Notes: generated by a model from the letters alone, not told the origin. A stretch of 64,000 nucleotides of DNA from Octopus vulgaris (GCA_951406725.2 OX597817.1:55738001-55802000), one strand, 5' to 3'; positions 25,701 through 41,897 are shown, numbered from the stretch's first letter. Translations and numbers: made by a program.

Positions 25701-26185
25701 ATGACGGGAATCTCTCGTACATAACTGAAAAAGCTTATACAGCTAATCAGATCTGGATCTTGGTTTCCGCTTTCTCTGCCTTTATATTGCTAGCTATTGT
25801 GCTTAGAAGTCGCGGATAGACTTGTTTTGTACAATGGAACTACGCACAGTTCCATACTACCAAAAAAGCATTTCACTGAGCAGACGACAACAGCTACAAA
25901 AATACGCAAAGAATTGTTTTACACCATTCCTCTCCTCTCTTTTTCTTTCTTTTTTTCTCCAGTCTTTCCTCTCTCTTTCTCTCTCTCTCTCTCACTTATT
26001 TTTTGATAGTTTTATATATATTTTCCATATAGTTTTAACGTTTGTTTTTTTAATTAACACTTTGTCTCTATTCTGTTCCATGTCATGATGCAATGTAGAA
26101 CATTCCAAACCATTTACAAAAGTTCATGAAACCATAAAGATAACAAACAATGATAATAATAATAATAACAACAATAGTAATAATA
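22741..26185. repeat. Recent tandem duplication, unit ~1.76 kb (22741-24420 and 24506-26185)
   Basis: Near-identical sequence; ORF pairs 23535/25298, 24034/25797 and 24059/25822 are all offset by 1763 bp. Confidence 0.95.
23187..23697 (+). mobile_element. SINE family A multimer (three core units); duplicate at 24950-25460
   Basis: Core TCAAATTCCG..GAG.T.GACTTTGCCTTTC repeated three times. Confidence 0.9.
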
Positions 26186-26209
26186 ATAATAATAATAATA
26201 ATGATGATG

Positions 26210-26253
<44 letters not shown>

Positions 26254-26390
26254 GATAATGATAATAATAATAATAATTATTATAACAATAGTAATAATGA
26301 TAACAACAATAAGAAGAATGATAACAATAAGAATGATAACAATAAGAATGATAACAAAAATAATAAGAAGAAATTAATAGTAAAAATAAC

Positions 26391-26461
<71 letters not shown>

Positions 26462-26632
26462 GAACAACAACAAGAGCAACAGTAAGAACATCAATGATAA
26501 AAAAACTTTAACAGCAATAACTACAACTACAACAACAGCAATAATAATAATAACAGTAGCAATAATAATAATAATAAAAATACGAAGAAGAAGAATGATA
26601 ATAATGATAATGATAATAATAATATCATTCAT

Positions 26633-26690
<58 letters not shown>
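26145..26690. repeat. (AAT)n/(AAC)n tract
   Basis: Seen directly. Confidence 0.95.
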
Positions 26691-27702
26691 GAAAATAAAG
26701 AGAAAAATTATCAACCCGCTGGTGAATCTGAAAACTACATTGTGAGAATGAATTGAGGGGGAAGAAAAGAAAGAAAAAATCACTTGAAAATCAAATAAAG
26801 ACTAAATTATAAAGTCGAGAATCTGACCTCGTAGTTTTGTATTGAAGACGAAACAAGAAAATATATTATGCAGAAAACGCACACGCATGCAGGCATACGC
26901 ACACACACACACGCTCGTGCGCACATACAAACGTAAATGCTCAGAAACACACGCATACACAATCTCTCAAACAAAACTAAAAACTATATTATTGTGTTTA
27001 AAGATGACGTACAATGCTGATGTCTCAGCTCAAGGAGCCACAGGCTATTGTAATGGCTGCGAGTTTCCAAGTTAACGAAGAGGGAAGCTGGCGAAAAAAG
27101 TTCTTAAAAGACCTACGAACTTTGAATAAAGACGCCCTCTGGCATCATAGATTATTTCGAAGGTCAAACTGTGTTGTTTAAGGCGATTGTTGCTTAGCTT
27201 GTGGGCCTCTAACTCTTATTACAATGGCCGTCTTTTCAAAATGACCGCCATATCAAAAAGAATATCTCGTGAATGGCTGCGAAATTTTCTATTGAACTTC
27301 TCCCCGTTGTTATTTGATGATATTTACACTGAACAACAAAGTTAGATGGTCAATACAACATTTATTGATCCTTTCTATTGTTCAGTCTTTTTTTTCTCCT
27401 ACATATTTTTTTTATACCAGCCCATTTATTTTATATTTTATGTTTTATTTCATTATGCATATTTTTCACTTGGATTCTGTGTCGTTATATATTTTTGTAC
27501 TTTTATAATTTATGATGTTTATTTTTATTGTTTTTTTGTTGTTTTTATTGTTCTGTTAATGTAAATTGTCGATTCTAGTGTCATTTCTGCCCATTGTTAT
27601 TGCCAGTGTGAATGTATGTGGAGCAGAGGCGCATTGCCTTCGCCTCGTGTCACGTTGCCAGAATACACTTATGCATTTTTACATTATATTGAGCAATATG
27701 TG

Positions 27703-27748
<46 letters not shown>

Positions 27749-27827
27749 CACACATACATATACATACATATGGATATATATATATATATATGCGTGTGTG
27801 TGTGTATATATATAAATACTTAACTAT

Positions 27828-27918
<91 letters not shown>

Positions 27919-28034
27919 TGCATGCATTTATGTATGTACATGTGTATAAATCATTCTCTATCCTGAAGTTAAATGAATCGCATATCCATTTATCAACGAT
28001 CTATTTCCCGGTGTATGTGTATGTGTGTATGCGT

Positions 28035-28104
<70 letters not shown>

Positions 28105-28792
28105 TGTGTGTCTGTATTCGTAAATAACTTACCCTGTTCCAATTCCACGTCAACTGAGATCTATTCTTTAGTTTAGGGGACGTAAACAAAAACAAAACTA
28201 ATTCAAGTGTTTAAGTGCCTGGCTGCCTAGGAACACTTTGTTTTTACAATGCCTCATGTACTTCCAGGAGGGAGGCATAATAACTTCTATCCATTCCAAC
28301 GCATATATTTCTGCTCAATGAAACCAGTTTCTGAATGAGATTTCACAAGTACATTCATTATCCTATGACTCTTTATATGCAGCATGTGTATTTGACTCAC
28401 TCAATTGCTTCATCGGAGCTGATGTTTCAAGCTCTGTTGAAGATGTAGGGCAACGCTCCGCAGCCTACTTTCATTTGCGGTACTTCTTATGTTCTCTTGG
28501 AAAACCGGCGGTACACCGGAGCTAAAAATATAACCAAAATATAGGGGGAAAAATTGTATACAGGTTACACGGTGGCACACCTGGCATCGCCTCGTGGAAC
28601 ACCGATGTGCCGCGACATACCGGTAGCGGAGCATTGCTGTTGGCTGATATAAAGCACTCAATAATGAGTGCATTGCATCTCATAGCAGAAACAGCTGTAA
28701 GCTAATGAAGTCCAGGACATACTATTCTATTCGTTTGCCGTTTTCATTTCTTATTACTGCTCTGTACTCCGATGATGTTTCGTTCCGAATCA

Positions 28793-29687
28793 TACGTGGT
28801 CTGCCCGACACGTATTCGGCCTGTTGTTATAGTAACGAAGCTAAAACACCTTCAGCAAAGCCGCTTGACACAGATTGACCGTGAACCCTTTTGTGCATGC
28901 GTACTAAGTTTTAAAGTTCTGGCTCACTTCTGCTGTTTTCTGCAGTGCCTCGAAGGAAGGTGTGTAGCTTGCGATCGTCGCATTAACCATGATAAAGGAA
29001 GTTGAGAAGAGAATCTGCATCATATTTTACCAAAAGCTCGGCGATACCTGCTCAGAGGCCATCGCATGGCATTAAAAACGTTTTCATCGTTCTTGACACA
29101 ATCAAGATCTTGTGAAACTGAAACCCGTGTGTCTTTTTTGGTCAGCTGAAAGTAGTTTTGGTACAAACTTGGCAGACATACATCTCATACACAAATCTTC
29201 GGCGATAATGGAATGAACAGAACCATAACTAATCTACACATCCTCTGATAACTCACCGATGGTGATTCGATGAATTCCCCTCTCAGTTGCACGCACATCT
29301 GTGATGTTTTCGCAGTCCTGCTGGTTGCGGTTCTCCCAGAACGTTCGTCAATACCAACATTTATTCAGCCATCTTGGAAACGTCTGAACCACTCGTACAC
29401 TTGTTTGCGGCTCATACACTCGTCTCAATTCATTTCCTGCAACTTTGCGTAGGCCTGGAAGCAGGTATTGCTATGACAACTTTCTCTGTCATGGACAATC
29501 CAACGACCACACGCTACACAGGTTACTTTGAAACACTGCTGTAAACAGGGGGGATATCTAGAACTTCAAAACGTAGTATACATGCACAACAGAGTTGAAG
29601 GTCAATCTTTGCCAAGCGGCTTCACTTTACCTGCTTTAGCTTCGTTACTATGGCAACAGTCCGAATATTTATTGATCAGATTTCTTA
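28793..29687. mobile_element. Mariner-derived element made of two inverted 5' ends with transposase N-terminal remnants
   Basis: Plus: KVEKRICIIFYQKLGDTCSEA. Minus: MSRKQVYEWFRRFQDG..DERSGR and RITIGELSEDV.ISYGSVHSIIAEDLCMRCMSAKFVPKLLSADQK (mariner HTH and WVP motif). TATTCGG.CTGTTG..ATAGTAACGAAGCTAAA is present at both ends in inverted orientation, with TA termini. Confidence 0.85.
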
Positions 29688-29987
29688 CGTGTATTGAGTT
29701 GTGGCACCTGATTATTAGTGTTGCTATCACTAAACCAAACATCAAAATACATACAGCTGTATGTGTGAGTAGGTGCGTGCGTATGTGTGTGGTGAGTGTG
29801 TTTATTTTGTGGGTGTGTAGGGGTTAGATTGAGTATATCTCAGTATTTCGATCAGTATTTCGTTTGTAGGATTTTGTTTTCAATTTGATTTGTTTTATTG
29901 TGAAAGTTAATTTTCTGCATCATTTATTTGAGACATATCCGTGCCAGGAGGTGAAATCTCTTCACATTATGATTTGTCCTATTTTAC

Positions 29988-30197
29988 GTGGCGAGCTGGT
30001 AGAATCGTTAACACACCGGGAGTAATGCTTAGAGGTATTTCGTCTGCCGTTAAATTATGTCTTCAAAATCCGCCGAGTTCGGCATTACTTTTCATCCTTT
30101 CATGGTCGATAAATTAAGTACAAGTGAAATACTGGGTCGATGTAATCAATTAGCATCTTACGCCAAAATTTCAGGCCTTGTGCCTATGGTAGAAAGC
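29988..30197 (+). mobile_element. SINE family A
   Basis: Head GTGGCGAGCTGGTAGAATCGTT, core, tail AAAATTTCAGGCCTTGTGCCTATGGTAGAAAG. Confidence 0.85.
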
Positions 30198-30260
30198 ATT
30201 ATCACATGTCCTGTTTTCCACAGACAAAAAGTGTTGCAGTTTTTATTTCACTTTCTGATA

Positions 30261-30297
<37 letters not shown>

Positions 30298-30314
30298 CTC
30301 CTTTACTTACATGT

Positions 30315-30740
30315 TTCCAGGAGTACCTCTGTGGTAGGAAGTTGCTTCCACACTATATGATTTCGGGTTCAGTCTCACAGCTTGGTACATTGGACAAATC
30401 TCTTCTACTATACCCTCGGGTCGACTAAAGACTTTTGGGTAAATTTTGTAGACGGAAACTGAAAAAAGCACTTCGCATGAGTGTGTGTGCGCGTGTGTGT
30501 TTGTGTCTATGTGCATGTGAGTGTATCTCTAAGTATGTTAATCCCACCATCACCACCAGCACTACCACCCGATGTGGTTGTGTTTACATCTACCATAAAC
30601 TAGTAGTTCGGCAAAATAGACCGATACAATAGGTGCCTGGCATTTAAATAATGAGCACAGGAGTCGACTCACTCTAACAATTCTTCAAGGCGGTGATCCA
30701 GTATGGCCGCAGTCTAATGAATGAAACCAGTAAAAAATAA
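30315..30740 (+). mobile_element. SINE family B, diverged
   Basis: GGGTTCAGTCTCAC, GACGGAAACTGAAA, GGCCGCAGTCTAATGA motifs. Confidence 0.8.
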
Positions 30741-31379
30741 CAGAATATATGTTGAAGGTGACGAGCACTGGGAACGAACCCGAATAGATATGTTTACCAA
30801 ACGACATCTTCAACCTAACAGCCATAGCAACGACTGAATGTTGAATGGCTTAGAAAATTACTTGGAAATACATTGTAACGCTAATCCTCTAAGATTAACT
30901 CTAATCACAACAGCGAACAGAATTCAATTTCATTAAATGTCTCTCCGGAGAAGATTTTTACAGTTTTAATCTGGCAAGTTAATGAAGCAGCGTTTTTGAA
31001 GAAAAGACAGAGATAAAGAAACGGCTGTACATATGTGAGTGCGCGTGTGTGTGTGCGTTTGTGTGCGTGTGAATGCGTGTATGTGTGTGCGTTTGTGTGT
31101 GTGCGTGTGTGTGTGTATGTATACATACATATATGTATATGTACGCATGTATATGTGTGTGTGTGCATATACATTTATATATGTATGTATGTATGTATAT
31201 ATATATATATATGTATGCATATATATATATATATATATTTATGTATATATATGTATATATACATATGTATATATATATATATATATGTGCATATGTATAC
31301 TTATATATATATACATATATATGTGTATGTATATATATATATATATTTATATATGTGAGTGTATATATATATATGTATG

Positions 31380-31412
<33 letters not shown>

Positions 31413-31468
31413 ATGTGTGTATATATTTGCTTGCAAGTAAGTATATATATATATATTTGTGTGTGTGC

Positions 31469-31514
<46 letters not shown>

Positions 31515-31592
31515 ATATATACTTATATATATACGCATACACATATATATTTATATCTATACATACATATATACATACACACATACACATAC

Positions 31593-31645
<53 letters not shown>

Positions 31646-31869
31646 TATGTGTATGAATGTCTTCTTTTGCCACAAAAGAACTGAAGTCAGAATTCCAACA
31701 AAAAAAGACGGTGACGTATGTAGTTGCTAATTATCACCAAGAAGCGTTTTATATATACAACGCACACACACTCCACGGCGCGCGCACACATTTACATGAA
31801 CAAATACAAAAGGATAAACGTGCTGATATGCGGGTACCTATAAATGTAAATGTATTCATATATATAAAT

Positions 31870-32673
<804 letters not shown>

Positions 32674-33479
32674 TATTACTGTTGATAGTATTCTTAATAG
32701 TAGCGTTAAAAGTAGTAGTACAACTAATACTGTTGCTGCTGTTGCTGTTGTTGTTGCTGTTGTTGTTGTTGTTGTTAAGCAACAAGACGGGTAAGGGTGA
32801 TTAGGTGTTGGTCTAGGGCTTAGGGGCGGGAGACCCCAGATCTTGGAAAAAAAAGTTTGGTTGTCTTGTTGTAGTCGAGGGCTCTTCTTTGACGCCCGAC
32901 ACCACTGGGAGGTGGCCCTCGAGGTCGCTGGAAATGGAGATCTCCAGGTTCAAATTCTTGAACGGCTGCTGCTACTCCTACTGCTGGTATATACACAGTA
33001 ATGTTGAAGCTGCCGTAGCTGCTGCTGCTGCTGCTGCTGATGGTGATGATGCAACAAAGATAACAACAACAACAACAACAGCAAGTACTACTACTACTAC
33101 TACTATCATTAAAATGTTTTAAGTTTTGAAATATCTTCTCAGAAACAGCTTCACCGAAGAATTCACTCGTCTTCAGAAGCAATCATCTCCAAACGACCAC
33201 CGCTGTTCCTACTGTTTCTACGCCATGTGAAATTTTGAAATTTTCGAACGTTGATGTGTTATTTTGGAATCTACTTTCTGAAGAGATTCCATAGTAAATA
33301 TCAGAATTTGCAATCAACGAAATGTCTAAATCCATAAACATATCAGGCATAAACTGATCAACTTGCAGAGTCGGTAGAGCGTCAGCTTCGAAGTTTTGTT
33401 ATATTCAATATATTTGCTTCGATTCTCGGCGTACTGATTTCAAACGTCGCCATGGTAAAATATGTCTTTCGTGGAAGGG

Positions 33480-33690
33480 CGTAATATATAGTTTTGATTC
33501 CTGGACCTGACAAGACGTTGTGTTCTTGAGCAAAACACTTCGTTTTGCGTTGCTCCTCTCTCCTCAGCTGGCAAATATGAATATTCCTGCGATGGACCCG
33601 CACCCTATCCATGTGGAGGAATACATACGCTATCGAGAGCAGGAAACCGGCCGTACGAGTCTTTATGACTCGGAAAGCAACTCAACAAAA
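33480..33690 (+). mobile_element. Old SINE with CORE-like and V-domain-like motifs
   Basis: GTTTTGATTCC B-box, GTGTTCTTGAGCAAAACACTT, CCTGCGATGGACCCGCACCCTATCCA, GAAACCGG. Confidence 0.6.
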
Positions 33691-34139
33691 ATATCTTCCA
33701 TCAATTCCATATTCATAAAAAAATCCCGTTACTGACTGACATAATGTTTTGTTTTGCTCGGTTTTGGTGTATTTGGAACAATATTATGAACTTGGATATT
33801 CTTAAAGAATGTAGGGCTGTGGTTGAGAAAGAGATTCTGCTGTTTTTATTCGATAGTATCTTATAAGCACGAGAAGTCCTTGTAGCAGTGATAGGCGAAG
33901 CATAAAAATAAAGATGCCTCTGTGCGGCAGGGACTATAAAGAGTTGATCAATTGTTATCGATAGAAGTTATCTTGGGTGTAATAGAAACAGGGAATTTGT
34001 GAAAGAGAAATAATTTATTATTAGATTAATGTTCGCAGAATGCTTGTCTTGAAGTGCTTGATGAAGCAGGGGCAAAATGCAGTATGCCCGTGGGGCTTCA
34101 GTTAAAGAGTAGTGGCGAATGATTAGGGAGGATGATGTA

Positions 34140-34373
34140 AGGTGGCGAGCTGGCAGAAACGTTAGCACGCCGGGTGAAATGCTTAGCAGTATTCGTCTGC
34201 CGTTACGTTCTGAGTTCGGGTTACACCGGGGTCGACTTTGCCTTTCATCCTTTCGGGGTCGATAAATTAAGTACCACTTACGCACTGCGGTCGATATAAT
34301 CGACTTAATCCATTTGTCTGTCTTTGTTTGTCCTCTCTGTGTTTAGCCCCTTGTGGGTAGTAAAGAAATAGGT
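34140..34373 (+). mobile_element. SINE family A, full length; degenerate dimer follows at 34578-34835
   Basis: Complete head, core and tail. Confidence 0.9.
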
Positions 34374-35317
34374 ACTAGATATGATGGGGGGAAGATTCAC
34401 CTTCATGTTTCATCTACCACTAACGATTCCAAATACATAACATTTGAGGAACAGATAGGGAATAACAGACAGATAATTGTGAGCCAATGTAGGATGTTTC
34501 TTTGTGTATCTCAACCATAAACTGCCAGAAGTATGAACACCACTATATGTGCGACATAACAATATCTGAAACGTCTAGGACGATTGAGCTGGCAGGATCG
34601 TTACCGCGTTGGGCAGCATGCTTCGCAGGAATTCGTCTGTCTTTACGTTCTTAGTTAAAATTGCGCCGAGGTCGACTTTTCCTTTCATCATTTTGCGGTC
34701 GATAAATTATAAGCCACTTGAACACTGGGGCTGATCAAATAAACTTACTCCCTCCCCGAATTTGTAATAAAGAAATAGGTATTTCGTCCGTCCTTACGCT
34801 TTCAGTTCAAGTGCCGCTGAAATCAACTTTGCCATTTGGGCGTCTATATGTCTTCTTGTCATGGGTTAAATCAAGGGTGGTCCGTCAATAAACAAGGAAA
34901 GGAATATAGATAAGGAAAAAGAAACGCTCTTTGGCCCATGGACGAAAAAATAGATTATTTAACGCGTCCTTCATTTTATTTAAGATGGTTGGATGTAGTG
35001 TGTTTTAAACGTTGCAATATTTAGCATGAAGAGTCACAGCTTATATCATCCTTCATTTGTTTGTATTATCTTCTAAATTGTCATCCAGGAGCTGTCAATA
35101 ATGATTTTCTAGATTGTCAAAAGGCGAAACATGGAAAGATGGTGGGCTGGGGTTAGGGCATCGATTCGATTGAAGCGTCTTTAAGACATTTCTGTAACTA
35201 AATCATTTGGTCTGTTGTGGTGCTGCAAAATTTCTGACTGCCAACAACACCACCATCACCACCACCACCACCACCTCATATCAAGTGACAATAAGAACAC
35301 TAATAATAATAATAATG

Positions 35318-35388
<71 letters not shown>

Positions 35389-35703
35389 GGAGAAACAGTA
35401 AAAACAAGAACTAAGACAATATGGTAATGAAGCTTATGAAAAATGTGTAAAGAATACAGCAGAATGTTAAATTTGGATGGATTATCTTGTTAATATGTTT
35501 TGATATTAAGCCATCAATTTGGAATGAGTCGTTACATGATTCAGAACGAAAGTCAATGAAGAAGATATGGCGAAGTTTCCCCACACACAAACCCCCACAG
35601 AAATGAAACGTCATAGAGAATTAACTTCTGAATTAATACGTCTCGATTTAAATTTCAAACATCGACACAATGTTACACACATACACCAAGCTACATACAT
35701 ACA

Positions 35704-35734
<31 letters not shown>

Positions 35735-35862
35735 GTGTGTATAGATAAACATACAAGCATGCATAAATACAAACATGTACATACATATGTATACATATAT
35801 ATATAAATATAAATATAAACATATATATATACATATATATGTACATATATATATATATATAT

Positions 35863-35923
<61 letters not shown>

Positions 35924-36416
35924 TGACCAGAATAACAGAGAACTATTTAAGCAAACAATAGCAATGGAGATAAGGGTGACGATTATGATTAGGATGATGA
36001 AGTAACTCGATGGAATTAAAGTGTACACACACACATATACACTCGCATACGCATACCAACCTACCTACACACATACATACATACATACATACATACATAC
36101 ATACATACATACATGCGTGCATAGATATATGCATGCATGCATACATACATACATACATACATACATACATACATACATACATACATACATACATACATAC
36201 ATACATACATACATGCATATATACATGCATGCCTACATACATACATAGTACCGAATTACAAATTTGCTTCGGTTACGTTTATAGTTCTGAATTTTAAGGG
36301 AACTGCTGTCACGCAGATTGTCGTAGACGGAGTTCAAGAGAGACACACAGACAGAGACAGAGAAACACAGAGAGAGAGGGGGGAGACAAAGAAACTAAGA
36401 GAGAGAATACGCAACC

Positions 36417-36474
<58 letters not shown>

Positions 36475-36555
36475 TACTGTTGTAGCAGCAGCAGCAATTG
36501 TAGTAATTTATTGTCGCTTCATATCTTGGATCTAAATCTATAAAATACATACATA

Positions 36556-36674
<119 letters not shown>

Positions 36675-36811
36675 TATAATATACATACACACACCCCTTC
36701 ATTTATGCGTGTGTCTGTGTGTATAGATATTCAAATATACACGCACAAAAATAGTTATAAATATGTATCTACATGCTGTATATGTAGTCCTGTATATATA
36801 AGTTTATATAG

Positions 36812-36848
<37 letters not shown>

Positions 36849-37317
36849 AATATATGTGTGTATGCGTATATATTTGTATGTATTCATGTACTTAAAACGG
36901 TAAGCGTGACAAATTTAGGAAGGCAAATTTGCGGTCGGCTTAGCAATTAAAAACGGAATGGTCTGTAAAATTTTAGAAAGATTGATAAACAAAAGCAAAG
37001 AAAAAGGACAAGAACAAACGAACAAACAAACAAACAGGGAAAGAAAAACAACAAACAAACAAACAAAGACACAAACAGAACTGATGGAATGTGTCTAAGA
37101 AGTAACAAATAAGGAAAAACTAAGTTATAACCAATTCGAAATAAAGAGATAAAGCAAACGCTTTGAGAGATTAGCGAAACTTTGGAGTGGCAGATTTTAT
37201 AAACGTTGGCAAATTATGAAGGCAGCCATTTTGGTTTGACATATTTCACTTTTTTCATTCATTCATCTTATGCTATATTTGTCTCTCTCTCTATCTATCT
37301 ATCTCTCTTCTCTAACA

Positions 37318-37348
<31 letters not shown>

Positions 37349-37595
37349 AAATATGTTTTCTATTATTATTTTATTGTATTTTATTTTGGATTTATAAATT
37401 TGTATTTTTGTATTTGTTCCATCATTTTCATCAATTCTTAGCTAGTTCGAGCTTTCAAATATACGTCTGGATGTGTGTATGCATGTGCACTTATCTGTAT
37501 GTATGTAGATATATATATATATTTATATATATATATATATATATGCATATATGTATAGATGATATATATATACATATATGTAGAGATGCATATAC

Positions 37596-37628
<33 letters not shown>

Positions 37629-37750
37629 CATGCATATATATATATACATATATGTACACATGCATACATATGTATATATATATACATATAAATACACATA
37701 TATATATATGTATATGCATATATATATATGAATGGATTTATATGCATATA

Positions 37751-37803
<53 letters not shown>

Positions 37804-37804
37804 C

Positions 37805-37837
<33 letters not shown>

Positions 37838-38048
37838 ATACATACATACATATGAAATATATACATATACAGACATATATGTATATATGTAATAGTATAC
37901 ATTTATACATACAAGCTTATAAATATAAACTATACAATATATGTCATGAATAATTGTTTGTGTATGTATATGTATATGCGTGTGTGTGCGCGCTTGCACG
38001 CGTCTGTGTCTGTGTTTGTGTGCCTATATATATGTATATTCTATATGA

Positions 38049-38123
<75 letters not shown>

Positions 38124-38842
38124 GTATATATATATATATATATGCGTATATATATATCATATATATATATGCGTGTGGCTATGTATGTATGTATGTATGT
38201 ATGTATGTATGTATGTATGTATATGTATGTTATGCCCATATATAGCCACAAACATGTATCTCTGTGGATGAAGACGATATCAATATTCATAATAGACTAC
38301 TTGAAAAATACGCCATCTACTTTAACTACAAATAATATAAACAGAAAATAAACGTAGGTTTCATATAAATTGCATCTAAAATCGCCTCCAACTATGTGGG
38401 ATATCATATTAAAAAAAATAATTGAAAAGAGGTAGCATCTATTAAAAAAAAATTAAAATATGAAACGATAGGAGAAATGTCTATTTAAATATCAGTTAAC
38501 TAATTAGTATTATATTTCTTTTAATAATTTTTGTGAATGTGATTTTCCATGTGGAATGTTGTGGTATATAAAATGCTGGAGACCGCTTCGGGTGAAACCG
38601 AACCGAAGCAATTGTTATTGGTTGCCTAGGTTTTCCATTTTTTAAAAGCTACCCCCATACTACAGTTATACGATACAAAATCGAAAGAGGTAGCTTTGGC
38701 CGAATACAGCAGGGCTATGTATAGCAAAATATACACACATATATACCTAACTGATCGCGACCAGCTATGTCTCTGTATGGAGCCTGCGTAACTTTCAATC
38801 GCATGAGTCTGAATCAAGCTGTTTTAAATAATACACGCGCGC

Positions 38843-38900
<58 letters not shown>

Positions 38901-38902
38901 GT

Positions 38903-39050
38903 AGTTGGGAGCAGTAGTCCAAGCGGCTAAGAACGTATACGCTCCGAAGATGCATCACAGTCTCGTTTTCTCTTGTTTTGAAAGTTCGGCGGATCCATCC
39001 ATCTAGCCGTCTCCATTGTATTACCAAATTGATAACAAGCACTTGGAAAG
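38903..39050 (-). mobile_element. CR1/L2-group LINE ORF2 C-terminal fragment
   Basis: GWIRRTFKTRENETVMHLRSVYVLSRLDYCSQL matches the G.I.R.F...L.SRLDYCS motif. Confidence 0.75.
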
Positions 39051-39242
39051 TGGACAGTAAGCCATAACGAAGCCTACAGTAAACTCTAAAATCTTGCTTC
39101 CTAAATATCCTTTTGTATTGACCACGACATACAGTGATATGTAAACTGGTATGTAGACACCAAAAACTATACAGGGATTTAAAATATTTAACTACAATAA
39201 TAATATTTGAAAACAAGTAACAACTTCACTAGTAGTAGTAGT

Positions 39243-39327
<85 letters not shown>

Positions 39328-41258
39328 AATCAAAACGCGAAATGGTATTCTAGTGTGAACTCTGAACAAAAGACCATACCAGAAAGGTGCCACAGATCGA
39401 GGGTGTCACTAGACAAACGGTCGTTAGTTCCATTTCTGTGTGTGTGTCTTTTATGCTGTTTTTGGTTGTTTTTTTCAGATTTTTTAAAATTCTCACCTGA
39501 ATTTATGTCAGACAAAAACTCAATAGAGATAAAATGAATATTCAAATTTTTTCTTTTAAGTAATTCAATAACTAAAAGAGAATGATAAACACGTGTTATA
39601 CACACACAAACATATAACACGCACTCACATACGTATATGTATGTATATATATATATATACACATATACATATATATACTATTATATATATATATATGTGT
39701 GTGTGTATATATATATATATACACTTATATATATATATGCATTTATATATACGTATTATATATATAGACGAATATATATGTGTGTGTATGTGTGTGTGTG
39801 TGCGTGTATGTGTGTGTATATGTATGCATGCATGTATGTATCTTTTGAAACTGTTTGTTCAATATCGCCAGTGTGAAAACCAACACAATTTAAGTAAAAT
39901 CACAAATTTATTGACTTCTAACATTTACTTTTGACTTTTAACTTTCCATAAAAACAAAAAAAATTCTCTTAAAATTGATGTTAACACATGTTGCCTCTAA
40001 TTTGTTGTTAAGCAAGCGAATGCACTTACAAAATAAACTGCTACTGCCGCTACTACTACTACTTGTACTATGCACACACACAGACATACATAGAGAAAGA
40101 GAGAGAGATATACACGCACACACGTGAGTACATCTCGCCCTACACATATACACCGTTATATTTGATACGCATCATATATCTCATATACATGATACGCATC
40201 ATTTAATACATATGGTGTATATATGTTATATATATATATATATATATATGCTATTGCTTGTGTGTGTGCACGCGCACTTGAAAGCCACTATGTGATATAT
40301 ATCATATAAACTAAGCAAACAGTACTCTCCTAATGACGTCAGTCATTGTACAACGGTCATATTGGAGCACAGATATGAAGGTTTAGCGAATTAAATGAAG
40401 GGCTCGTACTTATTCAGTTGCGAATGCTCGCGTCCAAGCTTTTTATGGTATTTGACTGCCACACATGAGCTTATTGTTTTGATTCTAAAACCGAACGTCA
40501 CATTTTAGTTTTGCGTAAAATATTTCATTTTACGCTGCACTAATCTACGTATTTCAGAATAAGTTCCAGCAAAAACTGGACATTAACCTTGCGACGGACT
40601 GACATCCTATTCCGCCGTCGACTGCACTGTCCTCTTACTTGCTTATACTAAGCTTCGGCTAAGCTGCATTCTGACGATCCTCTAATAGTATATCAGACAT
40701 AAAACTTATTCAATCGTTTTCTTTTGTAACGAAATGATATGGTACGAAGGTATAAGCAGAATGAACTCTTCTACATGCACTAAAGCATAAGTTCTCAAAG
40801 TGGGCGTTGAGACGGTCCAGGAGGGCGCTGGTGCCTAAGGGAGCGGTGGGGGTGGGCGTTAGAGATAATCTGACGAACTGTTAAAGCTGCATTCTAAAAT
40901 TCAGAACTCCAAATAGCTGGAACTAATATTGCAATGCAACTCTCGTAAGACACTCAAAGAATTCTGCCCGACACCAACCGTGTTTGATCGACCCCCAAAA
41001 AGAGGGAAGACTAAATTAACCTTGGTGTGGTTTTAAACGAGCGCGCGGTGAGCAACCACAGTAAGCACTACAATATCCACTGGTATTGCTTCCAAGGAGC
41101 CATCATAGTTAGTGATCCTGAGATCACTACTATTTGTTGTAGCTATCTGGCACATCCCCTCAGTCATACACTCAACTAATCTTGACATTAATGTTGACGA
41201 CACTAGAAATTCTAGAACGTTGAAATTGATACAAAACTATAGAAATTCCTGAACACAA

Positions 41259-41442
41259 GGCGCAGGAGTGGCTGTGTGGTAAGTAGCTTGCTTACCAACC
41301 ACATGGTTCCGGGTTCAGTCCCACTGCGTGACACCTTGGGCAAGTGTCTTCTACTATAGCTTCGGACCGACCAAAGCCTTGTGAATGGATTTGGTAGACA
41401 GAAACTGAAAGAAGCCCGTCGTATATATGTATATATATATAC

Positions 41443-41502
<60 letters not shown>

Positions 41503-41827
41503 TGCGCGGGGACATAGAAATAATCGGACTGAATACCCGATCGCGCGGTTAAACCATTGGAGGTGAAGGACTCCTAGCCCTTGTTAGGGCATCCTTCTAG
41601 GAGAAGGTAACTCAGGTAACTGGGATAACTCCGACATAAAACCTGCGGCTCAGTTGTTACCAATGATGTTCTTCTTTTCGGATTATGGCTGCTGTTGCTT
41701 AGTGAGTGTGATTGACTCAGTGCACAGCCTTTCCTCACTTTAAAAAAATCTACTTGCACAGGCATTGCACGATAACAACATTGATTAAGCTTCGTGCAAT
41801 GGCCATGCTCGATAACGAGAGGACAGC

Positions 41828-41897
<70 letters not shown>

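Noticed and set aside
38575-38605. Hammerhead-like CTGGAGA…GAAACC; also a minus-strand CTGAAGA at ~33170
   Set aside because: Core mismatches, and no NUH site with a pairing stem I.
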